The notes beneath the pieces were generated by a model that worked only from the letters and a program-made list of their open reading frames with translations, was not told the DNA's origin and searched no databases. Below are positions 1-8,682 of a stretch of DNA of 35,887 nucleotides, piece after piece (positions within the stretch are counted from its first letter, which is position 1; each line of letters opens with the position of its first letter). Made by a program: the position numbers and the translations under genes. Origin of the DNA: an uncultured Clostridia bacterium (GTDB lineage Bacteria > Aerophobota > Aerophobia > Aerophobales > B3-G15); contig CAYZYX010000019.1 in NCBI GenBank assembly GCA_964482715.1, positions 1 to 35,887 of the forward strand, given 5' to 3'.

Positions 1-27
1 AGCAGGATATATCTTCTTACCAAACAT
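1..27 (-). CDS. Possible 5' end of a divergent gene running off the window (MFGKKIYPA...)
   Basis: ATG at 27-25 on the minus strand, open to the edge, with a minus-strand TATAAT at 51-46. Only 9 codons are visible. Confidence 0.35.
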
Positions 28-64
28 TTTCTTACCACAATTTTTATTATACATCCCAGATATC

Positions 65-92
65 TTGACATAGGTTACAAAGAGGATATAAT
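65..92 (+). promoter_or_regulatory. Sigma70-type promoter of the GntR operon
   Basis: TTGACA (65-70), 16 bp, TATAAT (87-92); both hexamers are perfect consensus. Confidence 0.85.
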
Positions 93-101
93 TGCACAAG
101 A

Positions 102-125
102 GTAATCCTATAATTACAGGACTAC
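102..125. promoter_or_regulatory. Candidate operator for the GntR regulator
   Basis: 24-bp imperfect palindrome GTAATCCTATAA/TTACAGGACTAC (arms match 10/12) lying between the -10 box and the AGGAG RBS. Confidence 0.65.
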
Positions 126-138
126 AGGAGATACTTGC

Positions 139-969
139 ATGGAATTTAAAAAAATAGACAAAACTTCACCTGTTCCTTATTATTACCAGCTGGAACAACT
201 TTTGAGAGAAAAGATAGAAAACGGAGAATGGCAACCAGGAGATTTACTTCCCTCAGAAGCAGAACTTTGCTCTAATTTTAAAGTAAGCAGAACCGTTGTT
301 CGTCAGGCCTTAAACAAACTATGTCAGGATGGGCTTATCTTTAAGCAAAAAGGTAGGGGAACTTTTGTCGCACAGCCCAAGATTCAGGAAAAATTTGTTC
401 AAAGTACTTATGGATTCTATCAGGAAATGAAGGAAAAAGGGTTAGAAGTTGAAAGTAAAGTTTTAAAACACAAACTGGTGGAGCCTTCTTTAAAGATACA
501 AAGCCTTTTAAACCTGAGCGAGGGACAGAAAGTAGTGGAAACCTTTCGTTTAAGATGGGTGAATAAAGAACTTATAATGTTTACCACCACCTATGTTCGT
601 TCAGATCTTTGTCCTGGATTAGAAAAGGAAGATTTGACCAATCGATCTTTGTACCAGCTTTTATGGGAAAAATACGGTTTAAAGATATACTATGGTCACA
701 GAACCTTAGAAGCAGTCGCTGCCAGTAAATATGAAGCAGATATACTAAAAGTTCCCAGAGGATCTCCTTTAATTTATCTTGAGAGTGTAAGTTATCTTAA
801 GGATGGGACTCCAATTGAGTATTTTGAAGCCTGGCACAGAGGGGATAGGTGTAAGTTTGCCATTGAACTTGTCCCAGCTGAAGAAATGAAGAAGATACCT
901 CTTTATAGCAGCAATTTAACGTTTTGGTCGGCTATCAGTTTGGGAAAAGAATCTCTTAAAAATAAATGA
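139..969 (+). CDS. GntR-family transcriptional regulator, HutC/UTRA subfamily
   Basis: N-terminal winged HTH (PYYYQL...LPSEAEL...VSRTVVRQAL...GRGTFV) and C-terminal UTRA domain (SLYQLL...PIEY...RGDR). RBS AGGAG. Confidence 0.95.
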   Translation: MEFKKIDKTSPVPYYYQLEQLLREKIENGEWQPGDLLPSEAELCSNFKVSRTVVRQALNKLCQDGLIFKQKGRGTFVAQPKIQEKFVQSTYGFYQEMKEKGLEVESKVLKHKLVEPSLKIQSLLNLSEGQKVVETFRLRWVNKELIMFTTTYVRSDLCPGLEKEDLTNRSLYQLLWEKYGLKIYYGHRTLEAVAASKYEADILKVPRGSPLIYLESVSYLKDGTPIEYFEAWHRGDRCKFAIELVPAEEMKKIPLYSSNLTFWSAISLGKESLKNK

Positions 970-1051
970 GCTGGATAAAGTTGTATTAGTGTCAGATTGC
1001 ATGTGATAACCAAATTTCAAGGTCAAAAATCAAAGAAAAGAGGAGAGGTAG

Positions 1052-2854
1052 ATGCAAGTAAAAGGTGGATATGCAGGAAGCATTTTGAGGGTGAATCTGA
1101 GTGATAGGACCTACCGAAAAGAATTTCTGGACGAAAGGATTTTACCTCTTTTTTTGGGAGGAAGAGGTATAGCTGCCAAAATTTATTATGATGAAATTCC
1201 TCCTCATGTTAAGCCATTTGATGAAGAGAATAAATTAATCTTTATGACAGGACCTCTTACGGGTACGATTGTTCCTGCCAGTACAAAATTTCAGTGTGCT
1301 ACAAAATCACCAGAAACCGGTATATATCTTTGCTCTAATGCCGGAGGAAATTTCGGCCCCATTCTCAAATTTGCCGGCTATGATGGGCTGGTGATTGAAG
1401 GTAAATCAAAAGACCCCGTATATTTATTTATAAATAATGATAAGGTAGAATTTAAAGATGCAAGTTCGCTCTGGGGCAAATCTACCGAAGAGGTACGGAA
1501 AAATCTTGAAGATCTTTACCCAGAAGCTGGAATAATGTGTGTTGGCCCTGCTGCAGAAAAAAAAGTAGTTTTTTCCTGTATTAAGGTTGATGGCAGGACC
1601 TTTGGTAGAGGTGGAGCAGGAGCGGTTATGGCATCTAAGAATCTTAAAGCTATAGTGGTTAAAGGTGATGGAAAGATAAATTATGCCAATCTTACTGAAC
1701 TTAAAAAGAAAATAAAACCAAAAGAGATAAGAAAGGCCTGTCAGAGCTTAGCTGATTATGGAAGACCGATTTACACAGAAGCTATTAACGAGCTTGGTTG
1801 TTATCCGGTCAGGAATTTTCAGACAGCGGTTTTCGATGAGGTAGATAAAGTCACCGCTCGGTTTATGAAAGAACACTTTTTTATTAAAAATCAGGCCTGT
1901 TACAGATGTCCTGTAGCCTGTCTTAAGGTTTGCGAAGTTAAAGAGGGAGATTTGGCCGGACGAACTGTTGCACCTGAGTATGAGACCATATGGGCATTGG
2001 GAGCTCAGTGCGGAGTGTCTGATTTTAATACCATTTTGTGTGCCAACATCCTTTGTAATGACTACGGCATGGACACCATGTCAACTGGAAATATAATCGG
2101 ATTTGCCATGGAGATTTTTGAAAGAGGAATAATCAGCGAGAAAGAAACTGGGGGATTGGAACTTCGGTTTGGCTCTACAAAAGCATTGATAGATATCATT
2201 AAACTCATCGGAGAAAGAAAATATATTGGTGAGATACTGGCTCGTGGATTTTTAGGTATTGCTAAGGCGATTCCGGCATCAAAGCGTTTTATGATGCAGG
2301 TTAAAGGGATGCCTTTTGCTGCCTATGATCCGAGAGGTTTCTATGGAATGGGGCTAACTTACGGTACCTCTTCAAGGGGTGCCTGCCACAATGTGGGAGG
2401 CTGGTCAATAAGAGCAGAACTTTTAAGCGGTGAATACGACAGATTTGCTCTAAAGGGTAAAGGTAAACTGATAAAGACCCTGCAGGATACAAGAGGTTAC
2501 ATTGATTGTCTTGGGATATGCACTGTCGTTAGAAGAGCTCTTGGATTTACAGACAGACCTGATGCCAGCATACTGAATCTGGTCACCGGATTGGATTTTA
2601 CGGATAAGCTCATGGAAATTGGTGAACGTGTTTATAATCTTGAAAGACTTATACTGGTCAGGGAAGGAATAACCCGTGAGGATGATATGCTTCCAGAAAG
2701 GATAATGACTGAGGCAGTTCCCGATGGGCCAGCTAAAGGGCACGTTTTAACCAAAGATATGTATGAAGTAGAGTTAAATGAGTATTATGAAGTAAGAGGA
2801 TGGAATAAAAATGGAATACCTACTGAAGAGAAATTAAAGGCTTTGTCTCTTTAA
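1052..2854 (+). CDS. aor: Aldehyde:ferredoxin oxidoreductase family (W/Mo-bis-pterin, 4Fe-4S)
   Basis: GYAGSILRVNLS, LGGRG, KSPETG, GRGGAGAVMASKNLKAI, CxxCxxxC (CYRCPVAC), PEYET, DYGMDTMS, YDPR, GACH, DxLGIC, EYYEVRGW. Confidence 0.93.
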   Translation: MQVKGGYAGSILRVNLSDRTYRKEFLDERILPLFLGGRGIAAKIYYDEIPPHVKPFDEENKLIFMTGPLTGTIVPASTKFQCATKSPETGIYLCSNAGGNFGPILKFAGYDGLVIEGKSKDPVYLFINNDKVEFKDASSLWGKSTEEVRKNLEDLYPEAGIMCVGPAAEKKVVFSCIKVDGRTFGRGGAGAVMASKNLKAIVVKGDGKINYANLTELKKKIKPKEIRKACQSLADYGRPIYTEAINELGCYPVRNFQTAVFDEVDKVTARFMKEHFFIKNQACYRCPVACLKVCEVKEGDLAGRTVAPEYETIWALGAQCGVSDFNTILCANILCNDYGMDTMSTGNIIGFAMEIFERGIISEKETGGLELRFGSTKALIDIIKLIGERKYIGEILARGFLGIAKAIPASKRFMMQVKGMPFAAYDPRGFYGMGLTYGTSSRGACHNVGGWSIRAELLSGEYDRFALKGKGKLIKTLQDTRGYIDCLGICTVVRRALGFTDRPDASILNLVTGLDFTDKLMEIGERVYNLERLILVREGITREDDMLPERIMTEAVPDGPAKGHVLTKDMYEVELNEYYEVRGWNKNGIPTEEKLKALSL

Positions 2855-2980
2855 AACGCTGACAAAAATTTTTAGAAAGAGATGAGATGATGGAGAGAAA
2901 ACCAGACTCAAAGAAGGAAACCTGGTAACTTTCTTACCTGTAATATCCAGGGGGTAGTAACTAAATTGAAGGAGAAAAAG

Positions 2981-3958
2981 ATGGCAACTAAAGTTCTTGT
3001 TACTTCTACTTCTTTTGGAAAAGTGGTGAAAGAACCGGTAGAGTTGCTAAACAGGAAAGGTTATGAGATAATCTGGAATGAACTGGGGAGGCCATTAAAG
3101 GAAAATGAAGTAATGGAGAGAATTAGAGAAGTTGATGCTTACATTGCCGGTCTTGACGAGATAACAGCAAAGGCAGTTGAAACTGCTGATAATTTAAAGG
3201 TTATATCAAAATATGGAGCCGGCATAGACAATATAGATATTGAAGCAGCCACAAAGAAGAAAATAGTTGTAACCAATACTCCCGGGACAAATACCGAGGC
3301 AGTGGCTGATCTAACCTTTGGGTTGATGCTCGCTGTCGCAAGGAAAATACCACAGGCTGATTTGAGTACCAAAAAGGGGGGATGGAAGAAATTTTTCGGT
3401 TCCGCGGTATATGGAAAAACCTTGGGTATAATTGGAATGGGTGAAATTGGTAAGGCAGTTGCAAGAAGAGCCAAAGGTTTTAATATGCGGATAATCTACT
3501 GGAGTCGGAGAAGAAAAAACGATATTGAAGAAGAAGTTGGAGCAAATTATACTGACCTCAAATCTCTACTCAGGGAAGCAGATTTTGTGAGCCTTCACCT
3601 CGCTCTAACCACTGATACAAAACACATTATTGGAGAAGAGGAAATAAAATTAATGAAATCCACGGCTTTTTTGATAAATACGGCAAGAGGACCTCTTGTG
3701 GATGAGGATGCTCTTTACCGGTGTTTAAAAGATAAAGTAATAGCAGGAGCTGCAGTTGATTCTTACTCTGATGAACCTCCAAAGGGAAGCCCACTTCTTG
3801 CCCTGGATAATATTGTAACCACACCCCACATGGGTGGATATACCTACGAGGCTTTAAGAAATATGGGGATGACTTCGGTCCAGAACATCATTGATGTATT
3901 AGAAGGAAGAAAACCAAAATTTGTGGTTAACCCAGAAGTTTATGAGAGTTGTAGATGA
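2981..3958 (+). CDS. D-isomer-specific 2-hydroxyacid dehydrogenase (SerA/glyoxylate reductase-like, no ACT domain)
   Basis: GAGIDNID, GKTLGIIGMGEIG, INTARG, TPHMGG. ATG 2981 follows AAGGAG and is preferred over TTG 2966. Confidence 0.92.
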   Translation: MATKVLVTSTSFGKVVKEPVELLNRKGYEIIWNELGRPLKENEVMERIREVDAYIAGLDEITAKAVETADNLKVISKYGAGIDNIDIEAATKKKIVVTNTPGTNTEAVADLTFGLMLAVARKIPQADLSTKKGGWKKFFGSAVYGKTLGIIGMGEIGKAVARRAKGFNMRIIYWSRRRKNDIEEEVGANYTDLKSLLREADFVSLHLALTTDTKHIIGEEEIKLMKSTAFLINTARGPLVDEDALYRCLKDKVIAGAAVDSYSDEPPKGSPLLALDNIVTTPHMGGYTYEALRNMGMTSVQNIIDVLEGRKPKFVVNPEVYESCR

Positions 3959-4105
3959 AAAACGAAACCAGTCCCAATGAGATAGTTTCTATGATAATAG
4001 GGGTTCCGGCGTGAAATTTGATTGAAAAATGTTTGATTACAGGATACATTTTAAATGTTGATGGAGGATGGACAGCTATTTAAATTTTCCAAGGGAGAGA
4101 AAAAA

Positions 4106-4825
4106 TTGCGGTTAAGTCTTCAAAATTTTGCTAAGATGATTGAATTTAGCCTGGTGCGGCCTGATGCCACAGAAAAAGATATAGAAAGGTTTTGTCAAAT
4201 TGTGAGGGAAAATAATTTTGCCACTGCCTGTGTTAACCCTGTAAATGTGGCTCTCACGGCCAGGTTTCTTCAGGGAACGGATATAGATATTTCAGCATCC
4301 ATTGGGTTTCCCTTTGGTTCTCACCTCCCGGAAATAAAAGCCCTTGAAACCGAAAGATCAATTGAGATGGGGGCAACTCATATAGATATGGTCATAAATA
4401 TCGGTGCCTTAAAATCAGGCAAAGATGATGTGGTATTTGAAGACATAAAGAGGGTTGTTGATGTGGCAAAAGATGTTCCAGTTAAGGTAATCCTGGAAAA
4501 TGGTTTTTTGACCGATAAAGAAAAAATAAGAGGATGTGAAATTGCAAGGGAGGCAGGAGCAAGTTTTGTGAAAACAGCAACCGGAATAGAAAGTAAATAT
4601 CTCCTTGAAACAGGCTCCGGATCAATGGGGGCAACTGTTAAAGATGTTAAACTTATGAAGAAAGTGGTAGGGGATAAAGTTAAGGTAAAAGCGTCAGGAA
4701 GAATATACACTCTTGGTTTCGCACTGGAACTTATAAAAGCTGGTGCTGATAGATTAGGTACCAGTAAAGGCCCTCAGTTAATTAGAGAATTTAAGGAAAA
4801 GTTTGGTGACTCTGTTGAAATTTAA
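4106..4825 (+). CDS. DeoC-like class I aldolase with non-canonical motifs
   Basis: CVNP, IGFPFG, IDMVINIG, KVILE, Schiff-base FVKTATG, VKASG, RLGTS. TTG 4106 follows AAGGGAG and is preferred over the track's 4055 start. Confidence 0.88.
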   Translation: MRLSLQNFAKMIEFSLVRPDATEKDIERFCQIVRENNFATACVNPVNVALTARFLQGTDIDISASIGFPFGSHLPEIKALETERSIEMGATHIDMVINIGALKSGKDDVVFEDIKRVVDVAKDVPVKVILENGFLTDKEKIRGCEIAREAGASFVKTATGIESKYLLETGSGSMGATVKDVKLMKKVVGDKVKVKASGRIYTLGFALELIKAGADRLGTSKGPQLIREFKEKFGDSVEI

Positions 4826-4845
4826 ATGGAGAAAGGAAAAGGAAG

Positions 4846-6405
4846 TTGAAAAGGAAGATATATACTTTAGGAGTTGATGTGGGAACCTCTTCCACCAAGG
4901 CAATAATCTTTGACCAGGAGGGAAATATAAAGGCAGAGGGAAGGGCAACTTATCCTCTTTTGCGACCTAAACCCGGCTGGGTTGAACAAAAAGCACAGTG
5001 GTGGTGGCAAGCTTTTCAAAAAGCCGTTAAGGAGGCTATAGATAAGGCAAAAATAGATAAAACAAAAATAGCTGCTATAGGCATAACACATCAGAGGATC
5101 ACTACAGTTCCTGTCGATAAGAAAATAGAGCCTGTTCGAAATGCCATTTTATGGAATGATATAAGATGCAGTCAACAAAACGAGTGGGCGGAGAAAAATG
5201 TGGGAAGAGAGAAAATTTACTTTCGAACCGGGAATTTCCCCAGCCTTTGGACGGTTTACAAGATTATGTGGCTTAAAGAAAATGAACCAGAAACCTACCG
5301 GAAAACTTATAAATTTCTTCTTGTCCAGGATTATATAATTTACAAATTAACGGGGAAATTAGTTACCACGTCAAGTTCTGCTATTCAGACTGGTTGTCTT
5401 GATGTTAACCATCCGACCAGATGGGCAGAAGACATCTTAAATCTTCTTGACATTCCTGTTGAACTTTTGGTAGAGGATATTTTCCCTGGAGGAGAGGAGA
5501 TAGGGAAGGTTACAGAGGAGGCTTCCAATCTTACTGGACTCCCTCAGGGACTTCCCGTGGTAACTACAGCCGGAGATCAACCATGTGGGACACTGGGAGC
5601 AGGTGTTACCCGGGAAGGCATGCTGGCTGTAAACGGAGGAACTTCTTGCTCTCTGGAGGCTTATGTAAAAGGACTTAAACTGGATCCTGATTTAAATTAC
5701 TTTATAGAAATAAGTCCAACAGGTGATTATCTTCTGGAGGACTCTATATGGAGTGGTGGATCTGCTTTGATGAACTGGTTCAAGGATAATTTTGCTTTGG
5801 ATGAAGTTAAAAAAGCTGAAAAAGAAGGAGAAGACGTTTGGGAAAGGCTTTACAGCTTAGCATCTGAAGTTCCCCCTGGAAGTAAAGGGCTTATGCTCGT
5901 TCCTTATTTTTCTGGTGCAGCCTCTCCTTACTGGGATCTTCGAGCAAGAGGGGTAATTTTTGGACTTTTACCCGATCATGGGAAGCCTCACTTTATAAGG
6001 ACAATTATGGAGGGTCTTGCCTTTGAGGCCAGACGTAAGAAGGAATTTATGGAGAAAGGTTCTAAAATTCCCATTAATAAGGTAAGAATGTATGGAGGTT
6101 CAGCAAGAAGTAGTTTATGGAACCAGATATTTGCTGATATAATGGGTATAGAAGTGTCCACTTTAAAAACAGCGGAAACAACTGCATTGGGAGCAGCTAT
6201 CTGTGCAGCGAAAGGAGGGGGTGTTTATCCAACCTTTGAAGAGGCGGTTAAGAAAATGGTTCACGTAGATAGAAGATTCTTGCCAGATCCTGAGCGAAAA
6301 AAAATTTACGATGAACTTTATCTTGAAGTTTACAGCAAGTTTTATGACAGGGTTTATGATCTTATCCATAAAGCATCCAGAATAATAGAAGGAGAATTTA
6401 AATAA
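4846..6405 (+). CDS. FGGY-family carbohydrate kinase (xylulokinase-like)
   Basis: LGVDVGTSSTKA, PGWVEQ, THQR, ILWNDIR, AGDQ, IMEGLAF, GGSARS, WNQIFAD, TALGAA. Confidence 0.94.
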   Translation: MKRKIYTLGVDVGTSSTKAIIFDQEGNIKAEGRATYPLLRPKPGWVEQKAQWWWQAFQKAVKEAIDKAKIDKTKIAAIGITHQRITTVPVDKKIEPVRNAILWNDIRCSQQNEWAEKNVGREKIYFRTGNFPSLWTVYKIMWLKENEPETYRKTYKFLLVQDYIIYKLTGKLVTTSSSAIQTGCLDVNHPTRWAEDILNLLDIPVELLVEDIFPGGEEIGKVTEEASNLTGLPQGLPVVTTAGDQPCGTLGAGVTREGMLAVNGGTSCSLEAYVKGLKLDPDLNYFIEISPTGDYLLEDSIWSGGSALMNWFKDNFALDEVKKAEKEGEDVWERLYSLASEVPPGSKGLMLVPYFSGAASPYWDLRARGVIFGLLPDHGKPHFIRTIMEGLAFEARRKKEFMEKGSKIPINKVRMYGGSARSSLWNQIFADIMGIEVSTLKTAETTALGAAICAAKGGGVYPTFEEAVKKMVHVDRRFLPDPERKKIYDELYLEVYSKFYDRVYDLIHKASRIIEGEFK

Positions 6406-6456
6406 AAACTGTATGGCAAAAATTAAAGGGAGCCGATGGTGGTAAAGGAGGGAAAG

Positions 6457-7035
6457 ATGAAGGAATTGATGAAACCGATCGAGACTTTAATTGATTTTAA
6501 GAAAGGAGTGGTTAGTCCAGACAGAGTTCTTGAGAGAAGGGTAAGTGATATGCAGGGAATGTATGTAGATGAAAAGGCTTTGCAGAGTCTTCTTTCACAA
6601 GATAATCCTTTGATTTACGAAGTGCGAGAGATAAAAATTCCTGAAGAGCCGGGTCATATAATATATAGCACCACCATAATATATCCCGGGAAAGTAGGGA
6701 AAGAATATTTCATGACCAAAGGACATTTCCATGCCAAAGAAGATACAGCTGAGATATATTTCTGTCTATCTGGAGAGGGTTATCTTCTGATGCAAACAAA
6801 AGAAGGAAAAGTATCTGCCATTTATATGAAACCGGGGGTGCTTGGCTACATACCACCTTACTGGGGTCACAGAACTATAAATACCGGTGATAGGGAATTT
6901 GTTTTTCTTACTCTTTTCCCTGGAGATGCGGGGCATAACTACGAGATAGTGGCAAAACACGGATTTGCAAAGATAATGGTAGAAGAGGAAGGAAAACCTG
7001 TGCTAAAGGATAACCCCAAATATATTCCTCTGTAA
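6457..7035 (+). CDS. Cupin-type (archaeal PgiA-like) glucose-6-phosphate isomerase family protein
   Basis: PGKVGKEYFMTKGHFH, AEIY, YIPPYWGHRTINTG, DAGHNY. ATG 6457 has a better-spaced AAGGAGG than ATG 6436. Confidence 0.9.
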   Translation: MKELMKPIETLIDFKKGVVSPDRVLERRVSDMQGMYVDEKALQSLLSQDNPLIYEVREIKIPEEPGHIIYSTTIIYPGKVGKEYFMTKGHFHAKEDTAEIYFCLSGEGYLLMQTKEGKVSAIYMKPGVLGYIPPYWGHRTINTGDREFVFLTLFPGDAGHNYEIVAKHGFAKIMVEEEGKPVLKDNPKYIPL

Positions 7036-7083
7036 TTTTCAAATTAAAAAGGGAAGAGAAAGGTCAAAAAAGAGAGAAGCTCC

Positions 7084-8682
7084 ATGACAAAAAAATCATA
7101 TCTTGTTGGAGTCGACCTTGGAACTGCGGGGACAAAAGCAGCTATTTTTGATGAGGAGGGAAATCTTCTTGCCAGTGCCTATGAAGAATCCAGGCTTTTC
7201 TATCCTCGACCTGGCTGGGTAGAGCAAGAACTTGACGATTTTTATCGCTCCGCCTGTAAAACAATTAGAGAAGTGATCCAGAAGTCGAAAGTTTCTCCTC
7301 AGAATGTGGCTGGTATAGCTTTTGATGGACAGATGGCTGGAATTGGAGGGATTGATAAGAATTGGAAACCCGTAACCCGGTATGATTCCTGGTTAGATAC
7401 AAGATGTGAGCCATATATTGATCTTATGAAGAAAAAGGCAGAGGATCTTGTTATTAAAAAAACAGGGAGCCCTCCCAGTTACAATCATGGACCAAAGATA
7501 ATCTGGTGGATGCGGGAAGCACCAGAGACTTTCAAAAAAATTCACAAATTTGTGATGCCGGCAGGATATGTTGCCGGTAAAATGGTTAACTTAAAAGGAG
7601 ATGACGCTTTTATTGATTACACGTATATACATTTTAGTGGTTTTAGTGATACTAAAAATGCTACTTGGCATGAAGAGTTATGCGGGATATTTGGTGTTCC
7701 CCTGGAAAAACTTCCCCGGATAGTTTCTCCCTGGGAAATCGTGGGAAAACTCTCCCCTGAGGCAGCCAGGGATACAGACCTCGTTTCCGGAATCCCTGTT
7801 GCTGCCGGTGCCGGAGATCAAACAGCAGGTTTTCTGGGTGCTGGATTTGTGGAAAAAGGGGAACTTATTGACGTTGCAGGTACTGCTTCCTGCTTTGCTG
7901 GATGTGTTGACCGCTTTATCCCCGATGTGAAAACAAAGACTTTTCTCTGTTTCCACTCAGTAGTTCCTGAGTTGTGGTATCTCCTGGCATACATAAATGG
8001 GGGAGGACTCTGTCTCAGATGGTTTCGAGATCAATTTGCCGGAGAAGAAAAGGAAAAGGCTAATAAAAGCGGTAAAGACCCTTATGAAATTTTAAATGAT
8101 TTTGCCGAGAGAGTACCTCCAGGTTCAGAGGGACTTTTATTTGTTCCTCATCTTGGAGGGCGAGTGTGTCCCTATAATCCGTACGTTAAGGGGACATGGT
8201 TTGGGTTCAGCTGGAAACATGGAAAATACCATTTTTACCGCGCCTTACTGGAAGGTATAGCCTATGAGTATGACTATTACTTTAGCATTTTGAGACAGCT
8301 TTTTCCTGATCTTCCTTTTAAAAAAGTCCGGGTGATAGGAGGTGGAGCAAGAAGTAATCTCTGGAATAGAATAAAGGCTAATGTTTTAAACCTATCTTAT
8401 TTTAGAGTTAACAGAGAAGAGCTGGCAGTTTTAGGCTCAGCCATAATAGCAGGCTACGCTGTCGGTCTTTTTTCAGATTTGGCTTCCACCTCTAAAAGGT
8501 TTACTGCTGTTGCTGGCCTTCCTGTAAATCCTGATTTATCCCTGCACAACTATTACAAGAACTTTTCCAGATTATACCTTGAGTTGCTTTCTTCTCAGGA
8601 AAAAATTTCTCGCCAGCTTACCAGAATAAACCAGCTTTCTATACCTGCCTGGTCAATAAATGAGGAGAAGGTAAATGAATAA
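7084..8682 (+). CDS. Second FGGY-family carbohydrate kinase
   Basis: VGVDLGTAGTKA, PGWVEQ, DGQM, WLDTR, GAGDQ, LLEGIAY, GGGARS. Confidence 0.94.
   Translation: MTKKSYLVGVDLGTAGTKAAIFDEEGNLLASAYEESRLFYPRPGWVEQELDDFYRSACKTIREVIQKSKVSPQNVAGIAFDGQMAGIGGIDKNWKPVTRYDSWLDTRCEPYIDLMKKKAEDLVIKKTGSPPSYNHGPKIIWWMREAPETFKKIHKFVMPAGYVAGKMVNLKGDDAFIDYTYIHFSGFSDTKNATWHEELCGIFGVPLEKLPRIVSPWEIVGKLSPEAARDTDLVSGIPVAAGAGDQTAGFLGAGFVEKGELIDVAGTASCFAGCVDRFIPDVKTKTFLCFHSVVPELWYLLAYINGGGLCLRWFRDQFAGEEKEKANKSGKDPYEILNDFAERVPPGSEGLLFVPHLGGRVCPYNPYVKGTWFGFSWKHGKYHFYRALLEGIAYEYDYYFSILRQLFPDLPFKKVRVIGGGARSNLWNRIKANVLNLSYFRVNREELAVLGSAIIAGYAVGLFSDLASTSKRFTAVAGLPVNPDLSLHNYYKNFSRLYLELLSSQEKISRQLTRINQLSIPAWSINEEKVNE

Noticed and set aside
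969-3990. Selenocysteine or stop readthrough around the AOR operon
   Set aside because: AOR is complete with all its cysteines, and the TGA stops of neighbouring genes fall at natural domain ends.
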